A program made the translations under genes and the position numbers. Shown in pieces: positions 40,588 through 49,984 of a stretch of 64,000 nt of DNA; the stretch's first letter is position 1; every line of letters starts with the position of its first letter. The notes beneath the pieces were generated by a model, which saw only the letters and a list, made by a program, of their open reading frames with translations, did not search any database and had not been told where the DNA came from. Location of the stretch: NCBI RefSeq assembly GCF_009834535.1, contig NC_045697.1, forward strand, positions 39,992,001-40,056,000, given 5' to 3'. This DNA comes from Camelus ferus. Lineage: Eukaryota.

Positions 40588-41064
40588 TGTTGTAGCAAAG
40601 TGTGTTACAGCTCAGTTGTGACAGCAACCTGGGTCCGGGCAAGAGACCAAGCAGCACTTGGAGGATTGGAGAACTCAGGTTTATTACACCAGTGGGCCCA
40701 GAGGAGTTAACACTCCAAGCTCTGGACCCCATCTGTAGGTTTACACAGGCTTTTATAGGCTACCAGTCTAGACTTTGCAACATTTTGTAACATCATATGC
40801 AAATAAGGTATAACAAAGGTGACTAATTTGGAACAAGCTTTGTAGAAATGGACCAATCAGGAGTGAGAGAAATGGACCAATCAAGAGTTAGCTCAGGGAA
40901 CCAATAGATTCTTAAGGATAAGTTCCGCTTTCCTAGAAGTAAGCTGTTTCAGAGTTTAAAAAGCAAGATAATGCCACAGGGCCAGGGAATCAAATGGTGC
41001 TGGCAGGAGGGTAGTGGCTCTGCCTGGGGGTCCTGCTGTCTTTTTCATGGGGCTTCCCACCTCA
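40588..41064 (-). repeat. 3' LTR (477 bp)
   Basis: Direct repeat of 49116-49620; TATAAAA (- strand) 40751-40757; AATAAA (- strand) 40680-40685. Confidence 0.95.
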
Positions 41065-41076
41065 TTCCCTGCTTTT
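41065..41076 (-). other. Polypurine tract
   Basis: AAAAGCAGGGAA immediately before the TG of the 3' LTR on the - strand. Confidence 0.85.
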
Positions 41077-41148
41077 GATGCTCTCTTTAACAACTGAAGT
41101 GAGCATCAACTTTAAGAGTGGTGCCCCTTATTTACCATCGGACTCTAC

Positions 41149-42403
41149 CTAGTCCAGGGGCCTGTACTGAGTAACCAGTAGCTGTAGCCTTAGTGACTCT
41201 ATTAGTGAGCTGATAAAATGGGTAATGAGATTAAGGATGCAGGAGCCAAACAGCAGTGCTAGAAGGATCATAAGGAGGGGGCCTGCTAGGGGGAGGAGCC
41301 AGGAGGCCCAACTCCAGAGGTTATCCCATTGTGCCCAGGAATTTGCTAATTCCTGGTTTCTGCATTCAGCTTGATCTCGTAGTTGTTGGACCATATTTCT
41401 GACAATTACTGATTGATTTACATAGAAACAGTATTCCTCATATAGGAAGAGACAGAGTCCCCCCTTTTCAGCAGTGAGCAAGTCTAAACCCCTCCTGTTC
41501 TGTAGGACTAGCGCTGCTAGGGAGTCCAACTCGTTTTGTAGAGTCATTAAGGACTCAGCCACTTGTTTTAAATCTTCAGTGATCTCAGCAGATAACTGCT
41601 GGTAATAGTAGGATGATGAGGCTATTCCTCCTATTCTGTTCCCACACCAGTGGCTATTCCCAGCCCAATGAGTAGTGGTATTAACTGGATGGCCCTTTTT
41701 GATCGAGTATGGGAAGGCTCTGGTTATTAGGTATGTCCATCTGAGGGGTAAGGAAGGCCAATGTGCAAGTACCTGTCCAATTGGCTGGCAGGCACCAGTA
41801 GGCGTGTGTCCCGCATATTAAAGAGGTTCCTGGGCTTGGTGTGCACCAAGATTTGACAGGCATACAACCATAAACAGTTGTGTAGTTACGGGTTTGGGCA
41901 CACTGGGCAGTGGCCAGATTTCCTACAGAATGTCTTGCCCCCGGGTTTTAGACGCAGTCAGAAGCTGTATGGGCCAACTGTACGTTAACTGACTTGGGGC
42001 TTACATCTGCGGAGTCTGGGGACCACCCAGAGTGGCCATTAAACTCAGTTAGATCTGCGAGACCTAATGGGCTGGCTACATGCTGAAGGGGGCTGGGGCC
42101 CAGGCAGAGCCAGCAGTCACTTGCTAGTTGTGGGTTAGTAGCATTAAGAAGATGATAAACCTTGCTTAATAAGATACTTAATTGGGGGTCCTGGTTATAA
42201 GGCATGGGCGTTGGTCTATTTTTCTTTTCCCAGTCCTTACCCGGTCTATAGAAGGGCCCTGAGCATGTGGGCCAAGGATTTTTTCTGGGGAGAAGGACCC
42301 TGCCAAATGCAATTTGGTTAATGGGTCCCATTGGAACCCCCATCATTGAAAGAGATATGTTAGCAACTGTTTTTACAAGTAGCAGAAGGGTTTGGGGTTT
42401 CAT
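41149..42403 (-). pseudogene. env: ERV env (gamma-type), disrupted
   Basis: SU LLNATNPQLASDCWLCL (CxxC); furin site RSKR 41694-41705; fusion peptide AIQLIPLLIGLGIA; ISD LQNRRGLDLLTAEKGGL; CX6CC decayed to CX6YC; TM helix; stops and frameshifts. Confidence 0.92.
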
Positions 42404-42627
42404 TTTTTTTTAACTGGGAGGTATGGTTCCTATAGTAGACACTGACTGACCATTAGGCTTTCCATTATAGAGAGACAGAGTACGGCTAGTATTAGTCTCT
42501 GGCCTATGTTCCAATCCTGAGGTGCAGTGGCTGTCAGTTCTGCAGCTCGCAATATAGCAACAATACTGATTAATTTAAAAAGTAGGGGTGGTAGAGAAAG
42601 TTCATTTATGTCCCGATCGGTGGTTCC

Positions 42628-45600
42628 TTAGGCTTCCGCTTTGCATTGACTAGCCAGCTTCCGGGTGTGGCTTGAGCAAGGCTCAGTGCTCTCTGGCAGG
42701 TGAGGTGGGCGTTTCTGGATCCTGATTTCAAGTGGCTCTCCAGGGACCTGGTCGACTCTCCAGATGTCCTCATCTCACGGTAGCATTGCTCTCTTTACTC
42801 TGGTATGATGAATCCACAGGGTGATACCTACAACTTTAAGAGCTGTTGGGGTAGTTAATATAACTAGGTAGGGGCCCTTCCAAGTGGGCTTGAGGGGCTC
42901 CCTTTTCCAATCTTTTACCCAGACTTGTTCCCCAGGTTTATATGGGTGTAACATTGTTCGCAGTGAAACTGGGATTCTGTCAGTTACCCACCTATGGATT
43001 TCTCACAGTCTTTCTGAGGCTCTGTATTTGCTTATAAAGTTTAAAGCTTCCCACTTCCTTAATATTTTCCCCTAGTCTAATTAAAGGAGGGGGTCTCCCA
43101 TACAGGATTTCAAAAGAGGAGAATCCTGTCTTGGACCGAGGGGCACAGTGTACCCGCAGAAGAGCCAGGGGCAAAGTGCCAGTCCAAGGTAGTTGAGTTT
43201 CCTGACTGAGCTTTGCCATAACCTGCTTTAGGTTTTGGTTCATGAGCTCTACTTTCCCTGAGCTCTGGGGCCTGTAGGCCGCATGTAGATTCCAGTGGAT
43301 GTTTAGTGCTTTTAACACTTGTTGTATTATTTCTGCCGCAAATGCAGGTCTGTTGTCTGACCCTATGGTCAATGGCATCCTGAATCCGGGAATAATGTCT
43401 CTGAGTAAGGCCTTTGTTACTTCTTTTGCCCTCTCAGTCCGTGTTGGGTATGCTTCCACCCATCCTGAAAAAGTGCAGACAAAAACCAGTAAGTACTTGT
43501 ATCCTCGGCTAGGCCCTATTTCTGTGAAATCTACTTCCGTATCTTCAAAAGGAGCCTGGCCACAGCGCTGGATTCCCTTTGGTCCAGTTGGCCCTTCTTT
43601 TGCATTGTTCTGGGCACATACAAGGCAGCCTTGTGGGACTGAGGCACAGAGGGATGGAAGTCAAGCGATCAGATAATATCTATCCAGTAGGATCTCTAAG
43701 GCAGTTTTTCCCAAGTGGGTGAGTTCATGCTGCTGAAGGACTACTTTGTAGGCTAATTGTTCAAGTATGTATATTCATTTGTCAGGCATCACCCGCCATC
43801 CTTCCTTTTCTTTGGGTCCCCCTTCAGTTTTGGCCCATAAGTTTTCCTCTCGGCTGTAGTCCAGAGGTGTTGGCAGTTCGAGTGCTAGCAGAACATTCGC
43901 AATGGTCCCAGAATCTCTGGTGTGGCCCGATTGACTTGCTGCTTCTTGCGCAGCCTGGTCTGCCAGTCGGTTTCCTCTGCTTACAGCGTCATCTCCCTTT
44001 TGGCGTCCCTTGCAGTGGATGACTGACACCTCTGCAGGCTCCCAAATTGCCTCTAACAGTTGTAGTGTCTCATCTTTATTTTTGATCTCCTTTCCTCCAG
44101 CTGTTAATAGACCCCTTTCTTGATATATGGCACCATGTATATGCAGGATAGCAAAGGCATACTTAGAGTCCATGTAAATGCTGACCCGCTTTCCTTTTAC
44201 CTCTTGTAATGCCTGGATGAGTGCCCATATTTCTGCCCTCTGTGCTGAGCAGCCCTGTGGTAGAGGTTCGGCCTTTATTACCTCGTGTGCTGTGGTCACC
44301 GCATATCCTGCCTTACGTTGTCCATACTGCATGTAGCTACTTCCGTCTGTAAAAAGTTCAAGTTCAGGGTTCAGACAGATCAGGCCTGCTTGAGTAGACT
44401 TCCTCGACAGTCGTGGTCAGGTGGGCCCTCTCCCTCGGGCAGGAAGGTGGCTGGGTTCAAGGTTCACACCGTCTCCAGGCAGATTCTGGGATTTTCCCAA
44501 AGAGCCCTTGATAATGTGTCATTCTAGTTTTGGTTAGCCATCGATGCCCCTGGCTGTTCATCAGGGTGGTGACTGCTTGTGGAACCTTCACATTGACAGT
44601 CTGTCCAAGGGTGAGCTTGTCTGCTGCCTTGACCAGGGTTACTATAGCAGCCAATGCTCATAGGCATGGTGGCCACCCTGAAGCTACTGGGTCCAGACGC
44701 TTTGACAAACAGGCCACGGGCCACTGCCATGGCCCCATTGCTTGGGTGAGAACCCCTAGGGCTGTATGATTCTTCTCATGGACAAACAAGATGAATTCTC
44801 TTGTCACGTATGGTAGTTCCAGGGCTGGGGCCCTGGTAAGTAGTCTTTTGATCTCGTTGAATGCTTCTTCCTGCTTGGGTCCCCGTCTGAGGGTTCTTTG
44901 CCAGATCCAGCGGTGGCTTCATATAGGGGCTTGGCTATGTTTGAGAAACCAGGGATCCAGATTCGGCAGAACCCTGCTGTCCCCAGGAATTCTCAGATCT
45001 CTCTCTTGGTGCCTGGTCGTGGTATTGCACAAATGGCTTGTTTTCGCTCTGGGCCCAAAGCTCAGTGTCCTTCTGAGACAATGAACCCGAGATACTTAAC
45101 TGTCTTTTTACAAATTTGTGCCTTTTTCTGAGAAACCTTATAGCCAGCATCCGATAGCGGAGCTAAAAGGGCCTGGGTTCCCTTCCAACAGTCCCTTGAT
45201 TGGGGCTGGCCGATAACAGGTCATCTACATACCGTAGCAGGGTGCAGTTTAGAGCTTCTCCCAGGAAAGCAATTAAGTCCATGGCCGGTGCATCCCCAAA
45301 CAGGGTGGGTGAGTTTTTAAAATACAGTGGTAAGCGAGTCCAGGTTAACTGAGTTTTCCTGCCCATTCGAAGGCAAATATTGGTTGACTGACTGGTGCCA
45401 GCCTGAGGCAGAAGAAAGCATCTTTGAGGTCTAGGCAGGTGAACCATTTGGCTTGGGCTGGTAGGAGGCTAAGAAGAGTGTAAGGATTCGGTACCACTGG
45501 GTGTATTGTGGTCACAGCATTGGTAACTACTTGTAGATCTTGCAGTCTGCCTTTTTGACGGGCAGGAGGGGCGTGTTCCACGGAGATTGGCACTCTATGA

Positions 45601-46231
45601 GAATTCCCTCATCCCACAAACACTGGATATGCTTCTGAATTCCCAGATGGGATTCTCTGGGTACGGGGTACTGTCGCAGCCTGGATGAGGTTGCACCCGC
45701 TTGTAGGTCTATTACCAATGGTGCATGATTTCAGGCCAGTCGGGGTGGGGGTCCCCCTTCTGCCCAGATGGAGGGGAATTCTTCTCACAGAGAGTCAGGA
45801 TTTGTCTGAGCGCTTTCTGTTTGGTATAGGCGTCATTTTTCTTTTCAGAGCACGGTCACCATCATGAGCAAAGCTTCCTTCCCCCTCAGAGTTAGATGTG
45901 TTTGCTTCCCAGGAGAGAATGTTATCTGGGCCTCCAGTTTAGGAAGTAAGTCTCCTCCCAAGAGGGGGATGGGACATTCCAGTAGGTAGAGAAACTCATG
46001 AGTGACTAAATGTCCTCCCAGTTGGCATGATCATGGATGGCAAAACGGGTGAGTGGCTTGGTCCCCCATGGCTCCTGTGATAATTGCCTTTTTCTCAGTC
46101 AAGGGGGCCATAGGTTTGGTTACCACTGATTGTTCTGCACCCGTGTCCACCATAAATGTCATCAGTTGGCCCCCTACCAACATCTTGACCGTGGGTTCCC
46201 GGGGGCCCAGGAGCAGAGAGCCCGGTCTCCC
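42628..46231 (-). pseudogene. pol: ERV pro-pol (PR, RT, RNase H, IN), disrupted
   Basis: VDTGA protease motif, LDLKDAFF and YVDD (RT), SAQRAE/YMDSKY/GNRLAD (RNase H), GSDNRP/YRPQSSGKVE (IN), GPY and WIHHTRVK; many stops and frameshifts. Confidence 0.95.
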
Positions 46232-47822
46232 CTAATCTGAGTCCAACCCTGCCAATCCGATGCGGTTCCTCAGAGGAGGCTCAGGTCGGTACTTTTCTTT
46301 GCTCACATGAGGTTTTCTGTTTGGTAGATTTTTTGCTTCTCTGCAATAAGGATACTCATTTTTCCAGTGACCAACCTTCTTACCGTATGCACATTGGTCT
46401 TGTCTCGGGGGGTGCCTCGCACAGGGCCTCCTTTTCGCAATGGGGTGGGATGCTGGTTTGGGTAAGAGTTCCCTAGTGCCGCTGCCAGCAGGGATGCTTT
46501 CTGTTTTGTCCGTCTGTCGGCTTCTTGTTGGGCTTCGCGATCTCGGTTTATGAAGACTTTGTTGGCCACCTCCAGCAGTTGAGTGAAATTCATTCCAGCA
46601 AAACTTTCCAGTTTTTGAAGTTTTTGGCGGATGTCAGCGAAAGATTGGGTTATGAAAGCAGCATTGAACATCCGCTGGTTTTCAGGGGCTTCAGGGTCAA
46701 ACGGGGTGTAGATCCAAAGAGCTTCACATAGCCTCTCATAGAAGTCCACGGAAGACTCATTGGGCTTTTGGACCACTGTAATAGTCTTAGACATGTTGGT
46801 TGGTTTCTTCGCCCCGGCTCACAACCCATGCAGGAGGGCTCTCTGATATGTCCACAGAGCCTCTCGTCCATCTTGGGTTTAAAGTCCCGGTTTGGTCTCA
46901 TTTCTGGGGCTGCATTTAGGGCCCACCCTTCTGCATCCGTGGTTCTCTCTGGGGCCTGCTCTTGTGGCCATTTTTAAAATTTCTGTCATGATACACTTTC
47001 TTTCTTCAGTATTGAAGAGTGTCAGGAGCAGCTGATGGATGTCATCCCAAGTCAGCTGGTGGATCTGGAAGATGGACTCTTGGAAGTCAATCATGGCCTG
47101 GAGTTTTTGTGAATACGGTGGAGTGTGGTGTCACCAGTTCAGGAAGTCCGTTGTACTGAAAGGCTGGTAGTACAGGATGGAGTGGCCGGGCTATACAGAG
47201 CTATCATCGTTAAAATGTTGGGGCCTTTGGGCCTCCCGGAGAGGCATCTGGAGGGCGGTCGCTGGCTGGTTGGCTTGTTGAGATGAACGAACTCTCCTCC
47301 CTATGGGTTTGTGGCGTGGAGCCTGGGGTTGTGGCAGTGGGGACACAGATGGAGGTGGGCTAGCAGGTGGAGGCAGCTGTGGTGGAGCCATAGAAGAAGG
47401 AGGAATATATGGCAGGGGCATTGCTGGTTCTTTTTCAGGGTCCCCCTGAAGGATTGGCTTCGTTGCACCTTCCTTTTTTAGTTTTACTGTCTGGGCCACG
47501 AGGATCCTACACTGTCCCTGACCATTTGTGCAGAACTGGACCAATGGGGGCAAGGTTTGGGTGATTGTTAGCCAAGAGTCAATATGTGGGAATTGGTTGG
47601 GGTGCCCTGGGGCCCCAGTAATTATTAGGTACACGGCCCGGATAGTTGGCAGGTCGAGTATGCGTTCTGAGGGCCATCCCACTCCAAAGATGGCCATCCT
47701 AACTCGCACAACTTGTGCAGTTTTCCTGGTGACAATTTAATCCCATAGTCTCCTGAGAAACCCTTTTTGAAATTTTTAATCATGCAGTCCAGAACTGTCA
47801 GCTTTGATTTTGAGGCTCCCAT
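46232..47822 (-). pseudogene. gag: ERV gag, disrupted
   Basis: MGASKSK myristoylation start, NFKKGFSGDYG (HERV-E-like MA as recalled), MHR QKPNES..FYERL.EA...YTPFDP, decayed CCHC (DQCAYGKKVGHWKNEYP), amber stop at 46232-46234. Confidence 0.93.
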
Positions 47823-49093
47823 TATTATCAGTTGACAGATTTTTATGGCCTATAGGCGTGGGTCTGCTTCTGGCACTGTGGACTATGACCCCAGTATCTG
47901 TTTTTCCACTTCTCAAAAACAGTGGAGTTTTCAAAAAGCCTGCTGCTTCACTGGGCCTTATATCTATCTGTTTGGCTGCAAGGGCTGCCAATGAGTTATA
48001 GTTTTATGTTAGGCAGCTGTCCCTGATGCTCTTCCAGGCCTGGACAAGGTCTAAGGGTCCCTGTGTAGAGTCTTTTTATAGCCTGAATTGACAAAATATG
48101 AGGCCGGGATGGCCAGCCAGTGGCAGAATAAATGGAGCAAAAGGAGACCTTAAAAGAGGGCTCCAGCCAGTCCTGGGGTGGCTCCCTCTGGCTCAGGTCT
48201 TTTGGTTTTAATTTTAGACAGAGGGGTAGTATTTAGGCTGGTTTATTAATCTTGACAGGATATTCTAGGGGACTAGTGACAAGGTCGTGTCTGAAGCTGT
48301 TTAAAGTAGTCTCGTTTTAGTCCCCAAGGGCACAGGGGTCATTTACTTATAGGCTGTTCTATGTCCCTTTCCCTCCCTGTGTAGCCATCCTGTGCCGTTG
48401 TCGCAAAGTGAGACAAAGGGAGGGTTTTTGCTGCATCTGCCTGGCTGCTCCCCTAACGGGGACAAAGGTGCCTCTTAGCTTTAGCAGGTCAGTATAAGCC
48501 GCTGACTCCAATCAATACCCCTAGGGGCCGATACTGCCATGAGCTGTATGAGATCACCATGGAACCGCAGGTTGGGACTCACTCGAACTCCGTAGCAGAA
48601 TGCCATGGAGCTACAAACTCAAACCTGATCACATGCTGTTCAGGCCGCACACACACTCACACAAACACAGAGATTATTTGCACATTTCTCTCCCTATCAC
48701 CGGGGCGTCCCTAATCTAACCTGATCTTCCTGTCCAAAATACCGTTGGACGGGAAGCCTGACCTGATCTCCCCATCCAGAATACCATCAGACGGGGAGCC
48801 TGGAGGAGGTGATCAGTCTCCCCTTCTGTCCACTTGGACAGAACCTGAATACCCTAACATGAATATAGACGCTTCCCGGGGCTCCTATCTTGTTCGGCCG
48901 TGTTGCTTGGTGAGTTGGTCCGTCCCTCCACTGAGTCCAGTTGGGGCACAGCCACCCAGAGGACTGAATCACCTCCGTGAAGGAGGACCCGGAATACTGT
49001 CGGGTGGCACGCCTCCTTGTTCGCTTTCGGAGTTCCTGACCTCCAGGCAGTTGCTCCGCCTCCCCGGCAGCTCAAGGGGCCTGCGTGGTTGGA

Positions 49094-49111
49094 ATCTCAC
49101 TGGGGCCTCCA
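49094..49111 (-). other. Primer binding site, tRNA-Thr
   Basis: TGGAGGCCCCAGTGAGAT, 4 nt from the 5' LTR; complementary to the tRNA-Thr 3' end as recalled (…ATCTCGCTGGGGCCTCCA) with one CpG-type mismatch. Confidence 0.85.
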
Positions 49112-49115
49112 GAAA

Positions 49116-49620
49116 TGTTGCAGCGAAGTGTGTTACAGCTCAGTGTTATAGGTCAGTTGTGATAGCAACCTGGATCCAGGTGGGAGACCAAACAGCACTT
49201 GGAGGATTAGAGAACTCAGGTTTATTATACCAGTGGGCCCAGAGGAATTAACACTCCAAGCTCTGGACCCCATCTGTAGGTTTACACAGGCTTTTATAGG
49301 CTACCAGTCTAGACTTTGCAACATTTGTAACATCATATGCAAATAAGGTATAACAAAGGTGACTAATTTGGAACAAGCTTTGTAGAAATGGACCAATCAG
49401 GAGTGAGAGAAATGGACCAGTCAGGACTGAGGGAAATGGACCAATCAGGAGTTAGCTCAGGGAACCAATAGATTCTTAGGGATAAGTTCTGCTTTCCTAG
49501 AAGTAAGCCCTTTCAGAGTTTAAAAAGTGAGATAATGCAGTAGGGCCAGAGAACCGAATGGTGCTGGCAGGAGGGTAGTGGCCCTGCCTTGCCTTCTTTT
49601 TCATGGGGCTTCCCATCTCA
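49116..49620 (-). repeat. 5' LTR (505 bp)
   Basis: TATAAAA (- strand) 49292-49298; AATAAA (- strand) 49221-49226; ATGCAAAT 49337-49344; three 24-bp CCAAT repeats from 49385. Confidence 0.95.
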
Positions 49621-49984
49621 TGTTTATGTGGACAGGTGAAGCAAAGATGTTTGGCACCAAGAGATATCTAACCCCTGAGGTCCCTAAGCCTTTGGTCACA
49701 TGTCAAGGGTAGGTTCTTTCAAGGACCAAGAGATCTATGTCTTAGGTGGCAGGTGGCCAAAAGGAGAGCCAGTTACATACTTTGTGCCAAAGGAAAAAGC
49801 CAGGCCCTTATTCAGGACAGCAACTCCAGAGCACCAAACCAAGTAAGGGCCCCTCAAAGAGCTGGGTCCTGTGCCGCTGTGCTGGTCGTGCATCCAGAAC
49901 CAGAGGGAAAATACTCTTATCAGAGTTAATGCAGAGCACAGAAAAAAGAAGGGAGCACTTTCATTGTGCTTCTAAGTCCTGTCA

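Larger units (their letters stand above)
40588..49620 (-). mobile_element. Full-length decayed class I (gammaretrovirus-like) endogenous provirus
   Basis: Two TG...CA LTRs, 4-bp TSD TGTT (40584-40587 and 49621-49624), PBS, PPT, gag/pro/pol/env remnants in order. Confidence 0.97.

Noticed and set aside
41149..41640. Open env TM frame as a domesticated syncytin-like gene
   Set aside because: SU is interrupted by stops and frameshifts, there is a frameshift just after the fusion peptide, CX6CC has decayed to CX6YC, and the open TM piece has no signal peptide
49337..49358. Canonical composite SOX2-OCT4 element
   Set aside because: Both half-sites are present, but their orientation and 7-bp spacing do not match the canonical CTTTGTT-ATGCAAAT arrangement; reported only as adjacent motifs
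49385..49460. Regular 24-bp repeats as a CRISPR-like array
   Set aside because: Head-to-tail tandem units without unique spacers inside a retroviral U3 in mammalian DNA
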